Shown: one piece after another, positions 1 to 13,919 of the stretch
Layout: each line of letters starts with the position of its first letter
How positions within the stretch are numbered: the stretch's first letter is position 1
Source of the DNA: Catajapyx aquilonaris
Taxonomy: Eukaryota
Assembly: GCA_000934665.2 (NCBI GenBank)
Contig: KZ538185.1
Coordinates: 1 to 64,000 of the forward strand
Direction: 5' to 3'
DNA: 64,000 bases
Program-made: the position numbers and the translations under genes
The notes under the pieces: model-generated
Told to the model about the DNA's origin: nothing
What the model saw: only the letters and a program-made list of their open reading frames with translations
The model's database searches: none

Positions 1-87
1 AATTATTGCAAAGATTACTACCAAATCAATGGGTCACTCCTATGGAAAAGTATTTCATAACCCGAGCAACGCCGGGTATCCTGCTAG
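1..87 (+). mobile_element. 3' terminus of a Helitron-like element
   Basis: Hairpin ACCCGaGCaacGCCGGGT (60-77) followed by CTAG|T (84-88), the standard Helitron 3' end. Confidence 0.7.
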
Positions 88-1423
88 TAAATGATAATCG
101 CATTACTGCCGGTATCTCTAGCATTCACGAACAGATGAGCTTACTGACATATCTTGCATAACCTCTGGCAAAATAGTAAATGTGTCACTTGAGATTATAT
201 TACTGGCTAATTAAACAATAATAAGCTTTTCGATGCATTTGTTCAATCATTACATCTCACCAGTGACTACAAGGTCCAATAGCTTTGACTAGGATAGGTA
301 GTGTGATGCATATCACTTATGATTTGAGGCGCTCAGAGGAAAAACGGCATATCCCAACAGACCTCTGATTGTGAGATTGTAGTACTTTTGTACTCTCCTG
401 CCATCTGCCTTTCATGTGCTGAAGTCCCAAATAAATTTATATGCCAAAGGTCACATATTCCACTTGTAAAATTGGTCTGCAATGGACTTGCAACACAAAA
501 AGCTGTTTATCTCAAAATGAACTCATACCCTGGGTCACCTAACTGAAATGGTATAGTTTTTATGTTGCAGTCATCAGTAGTTATGGAAACACTGCCTTAA
601 AATGTATTATTTGACAGAAATTACGGCCTTACAGTGTTACATAAGGTCCAACGAAACTGCAACCAGATGAACATTTTAAATATCCTGACCCACAGTGGGG
701 ATGTGGAAGGCAACTATCCAATAAAATTGAACGGTGCAGCAATTAAATACAGTCCCTGAAAATTTTCTGATTCCAACATCAAAATGTACATCAGCAACTA
801 GTATGGTATTGATATTTACGGCATTAGATAATGGAAATGATTGTGTGTTTCAGGTTTCATAATTAATGCAATGGTCCAGGCGACACAGACCACTTCGCCT
901 TAGGAACAAATTCCAGAAGATATAAATGTAAAACATCACAATCTGCAGGGACAAATCTAAGTGGATGCTTTCTTCAAAATTTGCAAAATGTTGTAAGGGA
1001 GTCAAGCTGCATTGCTATGTTCTGCTGCGTAAGTGCCAACAACTCTCACTTACATCAGTGAACCATAGGCTGCTCCTTCTTAGTGTGTGTGCGCATTTAC
1101 AGAACTTCTATGAGAGAAAAATATTCCCTGTCGCAAAATAAGAATCTTTGCAAAGTGGGATTCTGGGAAGGAATTTATCAGCTTTCATTACTCACAGAAC
1201 AAGATAATTTAATTTCCAAGTAAACGGAGGGATAGATGAGCAATAAAATACACAGATGGCCAAAGGTGAGTGGGGAACTAAAAATACTTGCAGATAAATT
1301 GCAAATGCCAAAGAATAACCTTATTTCCCATCCTCTGCATGACCTGTGTCCGTCCCCACATGTAAATTGTGTGCCCTTCCACGGCAATTGTCCAAAGTTA
1401 ATGTTAATACAGTCGGGCTACCA

Positions 1424-1650
1424 GGTGATGACTGTAGGGGTTAACACCACAGCCTTCCACCTCTAAGGTCCCGACTTTGATCCCTGGGTCGGACGGCAGA
1501 CACTTATGTGGAAGAGTTTCAATGGGTTCTCACAACGATTGTGTGGGTTTTCTTGGGGTTTTCCCGTTTCCTCCCACTACCAAAAACCTATCACACGAAT
1601 GCCAGATAGCCTTAGTTGTATTGGCACAACCAACAAACCAACCATGGTAA
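1424..1650 (+). mobile_element. Degenerate tRNA-derived SINE with V-domain-like core
   Basis: Decayed A/B-box-like head, then GTGGGTTTTCTTGGGGTTTTCCCGTTTCCTCCCAC (~1543-1577), resembling the V-SINE central domain. Confidence 0.6.
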
Positions 1651-1652
1651 TA

Positions 1653-1820
1653 CAGTTGACTCAAGATATAAGAGACTTCAAGGGATTGTCCATAAATGAG
1701 GTTTCTTAAAACCAAAGGCTGTACCCATGCCATATATGGAAGTATCCCGGGACCAGCCTTTCAAGTTATCAATAACCGAAGGTTGCTTATAGGAGAGGCT
1801 CTTATATCTGGAGTCGACTG
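1653..1820. mobile_element. pogo/Tigger-like MITE
   Basis: 22-bp TIRs CAGTYGACTCMAGATATAAGAG (2 mismatches), flanked by TA on both sides. Confidence 0.8.
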
Positions 1821-2625
1821 TATTTCATTGAAAGTTGTCCTTCAGAATTTGAGCTGGACAAGTGAATGCACCTACCACTACAAAATTTATATCCATGCCT
1901 GATGCCCCATTACAATATGTCAACATCTAAACCTGACTAGTGAATGACAACTGCAGTGCAACTGCTAAGAATGTGCTTCATCACTGTAGACCTGTCCATG
2001 TCAGCCTTGAGAGTCAAACTTGGCTTGGTGGGGGTGGATTGAGTGGGCTGTGATAATGGCTGTCATACAGTAGCAGCAAAGTAACAGCAGTAGCAAAATT
2101 TAGTTGTGCAACTAGTTCTGCACAAGTATGGTAATTTTCCAATGTAATAATTTTTACTCCAGATCAAAATCACCATTAAAATACTATTCTGTTGACAACT
2201 TTTCAACACACAATGGGACTTCCAGCACCTAACCATTATTTCCAGCACTTCAAGTTAATGGGAACTTCGAAAAATAGAAATTCAACTTATGGAAGATAGC
2301 ATCTACACATATCTCAACTGATTATGAGGCTTCATTTGCCATGCGCTAGTGTCACCATTCATTCACTATTATTTCCACAAGTTATGGATCCCTAAGCAAT
2401 TTCAAGGGGCAGACCTAGAATTTATGCTGGTTGGCCAAATTATGGTATATGCACAGAAGGCTCACAATCATGTTATTAGTTACTGCAAAAAAATAAAAAT
2501 AACAGTAAAAGGTGGGACAAAATAAGAACCTTAAATATGCAGAATCTTCAATCTTGTTATTGGAATGGTCATTTACATCAGAAACAGAGATATAACAACT
2601 TGCCACTTTCAACATAAGCAAACTT

Positions 2626-2966
2626 GGGGAGGTGTGGTGGCCGTGATGGTAACGTCACGGCTTGCTGAGTGAAAGGCCCCAGGTTCGATCCTCGCCTGGG
2701 GAACTTTCCTTTCACCTGCGTCAAGAGGGTCTCCGACCCGCACCAAGGAGGTGTCTGGCAACCTAACCTCCTGGGGGACAGCACATGACCCCTTTACCGA
2801 CATTGCACTTGCACCTATGTTCCCTCCCCAAAAAATCCCTATCCCTACCCTACATCCTTGTCTCCTTGCACCGGTGTATGAAGTTAAGGAGTGAAAATGG
2901 TGGTATCCCACCCCCCTTAAAAGGCTAAGCCTTTGCACGGGGTAACGTAAAAAATAAAAAATAATA
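2626..2966 (+). mobile_element. Full-length tRNA-derived SINE
   Basis: A box TGGCCGTGATGG (2638-2649), B box GGTTCGATCC (2682-2691), A-rich tail, and 12-bp TSD ATAAGCAAACTT at 2614-2625 and 2967-2978. Confidence 0.88.
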
Positions 2967-5900
2967 ATAAGCAAACTTTCTGAACGACTATGAATGTCAA
3001 AAATAGTCCTGAATGGTATAATTTATAACTTTATATTACTAATTGTTATAATTGTCAAGGTTGTCCTAATCAATCCAATTCATAAGAGCATCAATCACTG
3101 CACCCAGAAAATTCACTGTCAAGTTTCCAGAAATGGCCAATATATGCTTTCATAACTTTAAAAATAATAATAAAATGAAATAAAAAAGTGGCAGTTTTGT
3201 CCAGGAATCCAAGCTTACTAGCCTGAACTATTGCACAACCACAACGCTGGCAAACAATGTTCAGGTGCGGTTACGCCCATTACAGGTGGGAGCACTAAAC
3301 TCAATGTATAAAAAATAGCAGGTTAACCTTCTGTTATTATTATTGGTTAATCTTTTGTCAACAGATGTAATAACAAGCAGAAACCTGTGGATGTCATTAT
3401 CCGAAGATTGATGTTCCCCACACTTAGTGTATACAACCTCCCGTTTCTCCCATCCTCAAGCGATTCCCAAAACCATTCCCTCGTTATGAATGGTGGTTGT
3501 TTCTGCTTCCCTCTAGCAGTTTGGCCTGCAACTTGGGTGTTTTTTGTGCCAAAATTTGCTAACATCATTGTATCTTGATCATCATGTATTTTTAATTTCA
3601 TTTTTCTTTATTTTTTATTCTTTTATTACTCTGACTAGAAAATTTTCTCCTTTCTGATGTCACTGCATACACTTCATTCCGGCAATGAACAGCACCAACA
3701 TCACTGGCCTTTTATTGGCTCTTACATCATTGTTGATGTGTGAAATGAACACACTCAAGCACACCATGATTGCCACTTTGCCATCTTTTCAGGCACCATG
3801 GTGTGTGGTGCTTATTTGTTTAAACACCTTGCTCACCATGTTAATTTTCCTGGCCAAAGACTTCCTCAGATAAATGGCAATGAAACCCAACCTGGACCAT
3901 TCCCAACCTGTCGTAGTTCAATGATGCAAGGTGTTTACTAGCCACTGCTGCACTGGTGTGATCCGACCTACCACTGCAACAGGCGGCAACAACCTACTCA
4001 TTGCCTTGTTTTCACCCAAACACACTCACACCAGGTGACTCCACTACCAAGTCTTTCTTGACTTGGCGCTGGCACGGCATAAAGCTGCTAAGTTGTGTGG
4101 GACAACAATACAACTGTCAATCTGATATTATGGTTCAGTGCCATCCTAACGTGATGGTGCCCCATCCATGCCTCTGCTACACTGCAGCCGATCAACCCAG
4201 TGGCCAGCCGCACTCTGCGACAGTGTAGCAACAGCGCCCAACCCGTCCTGCTGCGGCCTGTGCCACCACACCTTCCCTGGCATGCAGAACCCTCTGCCAT
4301 GATCCCCAGGCCTGCTGGCCTCCCCAGGAGCCAAACCATACCCAGACAGTGGCCACAACAGTCCTTGATCCCAACCCCCTGAGCATCAGCTGTGCCCTCC
4401 CTCACATGCAGGGGCCAACACTCACTGTGCCTGGTTGTCCTCCCTCGTCCCGTGTCCTCCTCCCTCCCTGCCTAGCACAACAGGGGCCCTCTCTGTGCAG
4501 GTCGTAGGTCACACCGAGTCAGTCACCGGGTGGTTTAGGGCACCAAAACAAGGCTCCTGTAGTCCCTCGTTGTCCCCGCCATTATTTCCCCCCGAAATTG
4601 CGTCACTTCCTTTTTGGCTAGGCCTAGCAGAAATGGAGGGGATGAGAAGCGTGAGGAACCAAGGTTGAACAGTGGGACGGAGAATATGAGGGACGGGCGC
4701 GGACAAGGTTTGGGACCCGAGTCCACCAGCATGGGGCGCTCAGTGTAAAGCCATTGGTATTGTCTCCTCATCGGCTCATCGTGTAAAGAATTCCAATATA
4801 AGGTCTGATTCAACTGGTAAGAAGTGTTGTGAAGGAAAAAACCATGTACCTGCCAGATAATATATTCGGCCAATGGATGTGAATTTTGTTTAAAGTAGCC
4901 TACTTAAATACTTAAATTACTTAAAATACTTTAATATTAGTGCATATATAGATATTGAGAAATTGTCATACTGCTAGCATATAGATCTTCTCATCATCAT
5001 CCTATATGCCATATTAATTTCCAACATCAATCACATTCAGTAAATTGTCAGGCAGGGCGCCTATTCACACTTTTTGTCCGTTGATTGGCCTTGAAGGGTC
5101 TCCCTCGCGAGTGCAGCAGACTGTACATTTCCAATCGTCCTTCCACCCCCTGCGTTATTTTATTTCCCTGGAGACCATTTAGTGGCGGATGAATAATGTG
5201 CGACATCCAGCATGGCAGGACGGTCGTGGCGCCTCCGCTCAATAAAACAACTGAAGCATCCCCTTCCACTCTTTTCATTTTATTTCAGTCGGCTCCAGTC
5301 GTTTCCACATGCAAATGTATAGAGGCTCCCACTCTATATACTGTATAGCTAGACCCTTGATTTAATTCTATAACAGTAATTAGGTAGTTTTGCGTGTGGA
5401 TGCGAAAAATTTTACACCATGGTGGACGACTCACTTTGCACCATTAGGGTGCTTCCAGGCTTTCATTTGAAGCTGGAAATGACATAGGGTGCGTTCCGAT
5501 CACCGGTCATGTGCTTCGGAAATCACCCCCCGGCATCCTACATATTACAGGGTATCTCTCTGCCTCCAACACCTTACCTTAGCTCCATGGGTACCTCCCA
5601 CTATTTTTTACACTTATAACCTGTGTGCGGTCGACGTGTGTTTGATTATTGTTCACACGGGCTTTCCTGTCCTCCAGCGGTGTCCGTGAAACACCTGCCA
5701 ATATTATTAGGGCCACCCCCTACTTCACCTTTCACGTGTTGTGATTAACCCTTTTCTGAGCCTGTCTCCTGCTTTTAGAGACACGAAGGTGCGATTAAGT
5801 CTGTTATTTTTTTAAATTAAAAAAACGAAGAGGGTGCCCTCTAGGTATATCTTGGAGACAAAGAAAACGGGTGAGAAATCAAGGTCATTCGCCATTATGA

Positions 5901-6723
5901 TCTGCAGTGTGACCTACATAATTATTATACTCACGCTACAGGTGGCTAATTCTCTTCTGCGAAACAGGTGTTACAGTCGCTTTGTATGCTTGCTGATGTG
6001 TACAACGTGATGATGTATGAGTGCCGGTTGGACGCGACCATTTTTTTCGTATGGGATTATGATATAGGAGGGAACATATGCCGGATTATGCTAATGTGTA
6101 ATTAAGGGATGTAAATTTTAGTATATCCGCAATTTGAAGAAATAATACTGGCGTATTTGGGCATGGATAAGCACTAAAATTCGTATTCGGGCAGTATCCC
6201 GCTGTGAATAAGTCGTAAAGTAACGGATATTCTAAGTGACAAGAACATGCAGGTGCAATGGATTCGAACTATTCCCATATATCACACCCCCCATATGAAG
6301 CAAAAGGGGGCTGTACGCATTGCGATATAATAAGAAAACCGTGATTTCACCTCATAAACCAAACATTCTGCTTATTTAAAAATGTCAAAAAATTAAAGTG
6401 CAAGTAGGCCTATGAAGAGTTTGAAAGACATATCGTAGGCATGCAGGAGAGAATCACGAAAGTCCAATTTTGACTGAGCAGGATATTGAGTTATTTACAC
6501 CATCAGATATAGTCTTTTTTATGCTTTATCGTCTGGTCAAGTCCATATAGTCCTCAAGATTCCTAATGAGCCAGCAAGCCCAGATTTTCTGTATTCACTA
6601 GCCGACTAGCGTGTAAGCAAGTGCAAGTTTGATTATTTCGAAACTGTTTAAAAAAATTTAGCATGCCTCGATATGAATATCCAATATTATAGCAATAATA
6701 GTATTTAAAATTGCGTCTTTATT

Positions 6724-6935
6724 GGGGGGCATAGTGGTCTAGTGGCTATGCTACTGGATAGCCAAGCGGGACGTCCAGGGTTCAAATCCCGTCCCAGTCA
6801 GGCGTCACCTTCGCTTGGTCGTGTCTTTTTTTGTTTTTCACCCGACACGTCCGGGCAGATTTGCACTCCCTTCTCTGCCCAGAGCCAAGAGAAAAAGTCT
6901 GGTATTGAAGAGGGTCAGAAATGCCACCCCAAAAT
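6724..6935 (+). mobile_element. tRNA(Gly-like)-derived SINE
   Basis: A box TGGTCTAGTGG, B box GGTTCAAATCC, poor cloverleaf. The body recurs at ~56334-56402. Confidence 0.7.
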
Positions 6936-7054
6936 AACGTATTTATTTATGCTTAATTTTTTTTCATTTCAATACCCTACTTGCCATTTAGGACTGTAGG
7001 TCCTATATACATGTGAAATATTAATACCAGTTCTAATTTTCCAATACTTCTTGG

Positions 7055-7146
7055 AAAGCGGGCAAATTATGCAAAAAATGTATGTACAGGGTGTTCCAAT
7101 AATTGGAACACCCTGTACATAAATTTTTGCATAATATGCGCCCTTT
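7055..7146. repeat. ~90-bp palindrome centred on TA-CAGGGTGTTCCAAT/ATTGGAACACCCTG-TA
   Basis: Arms are directly visible as reverse complements with a few mismatches. Confidence 0.85.
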
Positions 7147-8289
7147 GCTTACATTATCCACATATGTCTCCAGCACTCATGCACTACAATAAGTACACGT
7201 CTGTCTTACACATATGCACACTTTGTCCTCCCAAAAGGGAAGGCAATGGAGCGAACTAAGTTTTGCCAGAATCACTGATCCGTCCAAAAGCGCCGAAGGG
7301 GACTTAAACTGCAACCAGCTTCACAAAAAGAAGAGAAAAAAAACTTTCCCCCCAAAAAGTTGATGGGAGGTGGGTGGAAAAACACCCCTGCGTGTTTCGC
7401 CACAAGTAGAGCTTCCTGCAGCGAATTTTACCCTGGAGCGAATATTTATACCCACGGGGGGTTCGCAGTATAGGCAACGGGCGAAGCATCCGCGCGCCCT
7501 AAATGACTTGTAATTCACTAACATATCTGAACTTAATGACTTGGAAAATTTGGCTCTAATAAATTCCTCCTTCCGCATAGGGGCAACGTGACATCAAGCT
7601 GCTAAATCAGGTTATTGCGCCCGGTTGGAGACGTTTGGAGGGAGGGCTTCGAAATGGGGGTGCTCGTTTTGCTATAAGAATGGGATACGTCCGATGGGGT
7701 AAAATGCATGGATCTCGACAATGTGACCAACTCACGCCTGCTGCCTCAATGCGTCATTTTTTGGGGGGAAAAGCAGGGAAAATTTGTAGTCATTGGGTTA
7801 GTTGGAGCGTGGAACACCAGAACGTGGCAATGGCAATGGGTTGAGTCTAGCGTGAGGTTTGGGTCGTATAGTCATACCCGGGTATGGGTATGACTTGTAA
7901 CGATATAAGTTTCATGGAGGCGACCAGAGATGGAGCGGACCAGCGGCATGTTCTTTGGGGATGACGAGGGAACACCCCCTACTCTTTGAAGATGGGGAAG
8001 TCGATTTTCGCATTCATTATGTGAATTGAACGGTACATCACGCGAGACCTACAAGAAGCAGCATCGCTTCCCAAGGAACCGGGGAGAGAAAAAAAATTGG
8101 AATTCGACATATCGATGTGCAGGGATGCGAAGGAGAAAAGCGTGGAAGAGGAAAAGGTGCACACCGTAGCAATCTTTTGGGTTTCAGAAGTCAGGCCTTC
8201 TCATCCAAAATTTAAATTTTAAATTTTAAAGAGCCACAATTGCAACAATGGAGCATCTTTCTACACTGTAAAAATGATGCACTTTTTCA

Positions 8290-8670
8290 TTTATTACCGT
8301 ACCGGTACTGTATTTGTTCTCAATTAATTTTCATATATTTTTAGCCATTTTCATTTATTTGTTTTCATCTACTGTCTTTTATTTACAATATTTTCAGCTC
8401 TTTCCATTTTTTTATTTTTATTTTCAAATTAATTTATTTTCATATATTTATTTATTTTTATTTATTTTTATTTTAAAGTTAATTTATTCGTCTATTTATT
8501 TTTGTTTTCAAATTAATTTATTCGTCTCATTTTCATATTTTAATTTTTTAAATGTTTTTGATTTTTAATTTCATTTTATTTGCATTTATTTGTTTTTATT
8601 TACATTCGCATTTTATTTATATCTCGTAGTTATTAAATGTTAAAATTCGCCTGTTTTTAATAATTTTAAT
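8290..8670. repeat. AT-rich low-complexity tract
   Basis: TTTATT-type degenerate repeats. Confidence 0.8.
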
Positions 8671-10799
8671 ATGCCGAGCAATCAAAAATTGGGCATGTCA
8701 CCTGCACCTCCAGGTGACCACTCCCAAATGCGTGCCAATACCTGGCACAGATTTGTGTCCCTACCCCTCCCTTTTACCCTGGCGAAACCTTGACAGATCA
8801 GAAGCGATTCTCGGGACGATTTAATTATAGTCCCTGATGACGTTACCGTGTGGTGCTGATCGAACCCTGGTAGGCTGGTGCCAGGTGTAAAGCAGTTAAG
8901 CGACTATTATTCATGGCCCAATCTGGCGCAGTCTATGGCATTTTTCCAGCTGTCCGCGTGCAGTCTTCGCACACAAGTCATGGTGGAAGGTCATTAAATT
9001 AAGCTATGCCCCCCCCCCCTCCTCCTATTGGGGGGAAGAGAAAAGAGAGGGGGAAATCTCGCGGAGGGGTGCCACAGGTCACCTGACCCTTTTTTTTTAC
9101 AGGTTTTGGAAGATGTGACCCAATGGGAAGCAACTTGCAATAGTGTTGACGCCATACACGTGTTACGTGCAAATGAGACGTCACTGGGGATTGGCTAATT
9201 TTTCGGGCTGTCGTGTAAAAGAGAAGTAAATTATTCGGGACATTAAATGGCGCGAAGGCTACAACTATCCCACGGAAACTAATCTAAACTGTCTCTCTGT
9301 GCCATGACAGCCATATTTTTACTGATAATTCTTTGTTATCTGAAAAGTGGTAATACCGGTTGTCTTTTTTTGCATCTTGGTGCGCAATCATGGTCCCAAT
9401 GTGCAGTAATGCTATTTTTGTCGTTTATCATAAGTTGCGGCAGCGTTACTCGGAATTTTGCAATATTGAGTAGGCGCATAATATGCGTGATATAAGCCAC
9501 TACGTCTAGGTCTACTGCGACTGACGCAATTCTGTCAGAAGAGTACAATAATTAAAGTGAAAGCAACCTGTTATTTAAAAATATAATGTGCAATATCTTC
9601 ATATTTAATAATCTCACTAAAATATTTTTGAGTGATTTTCGACTCAATGATTTGTCACTGGCGCATTTATGAGTGATTCTCACTCAATATTTTAGTCCAC
9701 TCAGCACTCACCTATGTTGTCCTTTTTTTTAAAAAAATGACAACATGGTGCCAGTCACCACTGAATTGTTTGAAATTGTCACTCAAAATATTTAAATATC
9801 ATCTATACAATGTGTCATAATTTTATTTGATATGGAAAAATTCAGGTGATGACACCGTCCATATGATCTCCAGTTTTCTCATCAAAAATTTCGCATATTT
9901 GGAGCAAACTATGGTCAAATCAGTGCCAGCAGATACTTGTAAAGCGTTTGGCTCATCACGTATTGTCCTTTGGAAAGCATCGATTGTGGACAAAATAGTC
10001 ACCCTTTTTGCGCACCCTCCCCCCACTTCTGTTTTGCCTATTCATGAAGCGTATCCGTTTTGGTGAGGGAGCACGTAGGGGATGGCAAACGCAGGATCGC
10101 ATTATCGCAGGAAATAATAGGCGTAGAGAGCGCGGCGTATATGAAAAAGCCCGTAGAGTTGGCGTGCGATATTGATTCTTCCACTTCTCGCCTGTTTGTC
10201 ACGAGATCTCGTGTCTCGACATTCCACCAACGGTGGCAGTTAGCCTTCTAACCTCGCTGGGGGAAGGAGGGGGGGGAAAGAAAATTGCAAGAGTTGCCAA
10301 CGCAACTTGCGAGAAAGGTCACTCGCTCGGATGCTGATGTCATAAGCGAGCGAGAGAGTGCATACTCGCTAGTTTGCTATTAGCACAACATCAGAATTTT
10401 GAATAGAATTTATTGGAAATGTTAGGCTGAAAAGAAATTATGTGAAGATTACAGAGGATTAGGTTGAAATTATTTTTGTTAAATAATTTTGATTGGTAAC
10501 AATTTTTGGAGGGTCCCGGACTTTTCGCCCCCGCCGTTTCCCCCTGTAGAATACTTTCAGGTGAAAATCCTGAATTTTGCAATTATTTAAGTAGAAATTG
10601 TAGCTGGCTCTCTCCTTGACCCGTTGGCATGCTGGTAGTTAAATTAGCATTTTACAAACACAATTCGCCATATAGTGGAATTCGCGGAATTTGCACAGCC
10701 ATTGTTCTTCGGCCAAATACATGGCCCGTGTGTGTAGGCGTCAAGCCAAGAGTATCATTGCCTTTCCCGCCTGTTTGGGACACCAAAAAACAGCCAAAT

Positions 10800-11150
10800 T
10801 CGAGCCAAAGTTGGCAAGTCCCCTCGCCACAAAACTGAGGAAATGGCCTGGGTGGCCTCCTTCTCCTCCCCAGTAGTTGACCAAAGCAGTGGACAATGGA
10901 TAATAGTCGGCCGTAATTTATGAGTATGACAAACTGGGGGAGGGATGCTGCGGCATCAAGGACCCCCTCGTTTTTCCCCCTGGAGTGAAACATGGCCATC
11001 TCCTGAACACTTGACATGCGATTGACCCCGAGCGGGAACGGCCTCCCATTCGAATGGTAATTGGAGGTCATCGCCGAGGGGGTCACATCTATAAGCTCGT
11101 ATTGAGGAAAAATCCGTGCTTTTTCTCTAAGTATACTTTCTGGCCAAATC
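10800..11150 (-). pseudogene. Decayed Ty3/Gypsy-like integrase core
   Basis: In ORF 10652..11176, WPESILREK, NYHSNGR, LPQFVILINY and FGQLLGRRRRPP align by eye, in order, with PExIxSDxG, YHPQSNG, LPxxLFAYN and PFELLFGRxPRxP. Confidence 0.5.
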
Positions 11151-11528
11151 GAGACGACCATTGTGATTTGGAACAATAGAGGCTGTTTATCCAGTGGGTA
11201 TTGTCACAATATGCAGTATTTTTGCCGTTTATGGGCAATACTTAAAACTTCACATTATTGTACTGTATGCTACAAATTTTTGGGCATAAACAAGGCTGAA
11301 AATGCACTATTATATACAATAAGGTGTACTTTCAGTGCCTTATTGTATACCGGTACTTTGAGTGTAAAATACACAAATGTACTGAAATTCAAAATGCATA
11401 TAAGTGACTATGCTCTATAGGATTGTATTAACATTACATCGAAATTTTATGTACAAGTATTAGGCTACCATTTTCATACATTAGCTTTGTATAGGGGTAA
11501 TTTTTTTTAAACAAAATCCTACTTTATA

Positions 11529-11806
11529 CAGGGTGTTAATCCTACGCGTGTCACCCGAAAAGGTGGTGGTAGAGGGCGCATGTGTGAGCATTTTTGCATA
11601 AGGAACTAGGGGTCGGAAACACACCCTCACCGAGTCACTCCGCCGCGTGCCGCACGCCTCTTGCAACACTGGCTGTCGCAAACTTGAAAGGGGCGTAACT
11701 CGGTGAGGGTTCGTTTCCGACCCCTAGTTCCTTATGCAAAAATGCTCACACCTGCGCCCTATACCACCACCTTTTCTGGTGACACGCTTATAGGATTAAC
11801 ACCCTG
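11529..11806. mobile_element. Tc1/mariner-type MITE with ~110-bp TIRs
   Basis: TA|CAGGGTGTTAATCCTA...TAGGATTAACACCCTG|TA with long near-identical inverted arms. Confidence 0.92.
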
Positions 11807-13919
11807 TATAAGGACCGGTAGTATAATATACGAATGATATTTCCGATTATATCAGATTATGTGCATAATCTGATATTTTTGCGTTCACACAACAGGTCCT
11901 CAGTATAGTGAACTTTTCAGGGAGTATGTTTCGCACATTTTGAAAATGCAAAACACACAAGTTACAAGCCTCTTTTTTGCACATCATACAGTACAGGACG
12001 AACATCATGAACTTGTCCGATAATTAAGCTTATATCCATCAACGAATCCAATATGCACGGTTGATCTCTATTGAAATTGTGACCTTAACACATGACTTTC
12101 GCCTATATTGCACTTTTTTCCCCCTGTACATTCAGAACTATACTAGACAGCGGCTAGGCAGCAAAAAAGTAGTATCCCCCTTTGAAGACTCGTATTGATC
12201 ATCTCTTGGCGATATCTGAAAAGTTTCCGCTCTGCCAAAATCATGGACAGAGTCGACAGCTGGAACTTCCCAACATTGCCGCTTTGAGTAGCGTGATCGA
12301 AAACGAATTTGCCTCCACCCAAAAAATAGTCATTCAAATTCTTATTCCATGATTTTTTTTTTCCACACATATATCGAGGCTCCTGTGAAATCTCATAAAG
12401 GCAACACCAGCTGGACAGGCCTATAAAGCAGCAGGAGGGGAGGCATATTAATGCTTTTCATCAATATCACAGCGGCACATATACAGGGTGTCCCAACCCT
12501 GTATATGAGAGAGGGGGAAAATACCCGCCCCCTTGGTAGGAATTATTCACTTGTCGCCGTTCACAAAAGCATGCATGGTCCAGGGATTCGGGGGAGGTCA
12601 AATGGCGGCATCCATTTGTTGGGTGTGTCACTTGCAGGGCGCCCGCATATCGGCCAAGATACACTTTGCTCTCTGGACCCCCCTTCGATTGGGGGAAAAC
12701 TCTGTTGACAACACTGGCACCCAGATTTTTTTTTTCATTCAAAAAAAATAGGGGTGGTGGGTGTTCATATAGTATAGGGCAGGCCACACTATAAGCGACG
12801 AGATTGACGAATTTATAGCACATAACTTGTGACCCCTAATTTTTTATACTGTATATTTGGTGTTGGTTGCCTTTTGAACGTTTTTGTATTTTATATTGAA
12901 GGATTTTTACGCATCTGAAAATTTTTCTCCAGGAGTATTCCCCCTATAATAATAGCCTTATTTTTTTCGCCTCTGGAACGCTCCGGAAGGAGAAGGGTGC
13001 CACCTTCTGATCGCGGCGGAGAGATGGAAGGGCCCCTGGTGAGTGCTGCCACCTTGCCAAATTTTGGCTACGGGTGCTCTAGTACCTCCATATTTGGCAA
13101 AAACTCATCAACCAATACATAATTTTAATTTATTAAATGTGAAATTTCCCACAAACTATACGATCACAGGTATATTATTTGAAAAATAAACATATGCAAA
13201 ATTACACATAGAATCTCACTGTGATTGGATTACACACATTGTGGTTGTACTATTTCACATAATTTCTTACATTTTGTGTTATATTGCAAATAATGCCTAC
13301 TGTACTGGATGAATATATTTTTTTCTTCCTTGAAAACGTTTGGCCGCTACCAAAAGTCAACTGGCACACTTAAGATATAAATGAGCGCTATTGCCCAGAT
13401 AAACCCCCAAGCCTGAAGAGATGCAAGCGCGGCTGTGCAATCAATGAAAACGAGCTTCTACCAGGGGGAGTTGGGTGGGGGATAAGAATTAAGGGCTTGC
13501 TGTTTGGAAGTTAGGGGGGGCCAGAGTTTATGCGCGTCCTGGCCATAAAGCATCATAAAGCAGCGGGGCCATTGCTGGGGAAGCCGGAGAGCAATGAGGC
13601 GCAGGCAAATCGCAGTTGCGGCGCACTCGGTTGACAAATTTCAATCGGCGAGGAGCCAGCACCGACGCCGTTCTCAGCCAACGTGACGGCTGCCTCTGCT
13701 GCCGCCCAGATTTAGGAGAGTTAGGGGAGAGGCGGGGGAGGGAGTGGGTCCTGCAGCCGACAGCTAGCCGATTACTAGCGGGATAGAGTTGAAACCAGGC
13801 GAAGGGGAGTTAGTTGCCAAGGACTATATCATACCACCCTAGGCTTTACACAGGAGGATCACACCACACCAGATATTTTTTGGTCAAAAAATCATTCTCA
13901 GCAATCAATATTGAGGATC

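Noticed and set aside
2626..2700. Functional tRNA gene (also 6724-6800)
   Set aside because: The acceptor and anticodon stems do not pair properly. The heads run into SINE-like bodies, and the 2626 copy has a tail and TSD.
4088..4873. Overlapping Pro/Gly-rich ORFs as a gene
   Set aside because: No recognisable domain or splice structure; likely decayed repeat.
5745..5790. piggyBac-like end TTAACCCTTT
   Set aside because: No matching opposite terminus found.
8830..8870. CTGATGA hammerhead candidate
   Set aside because: No GAAA box or stems.
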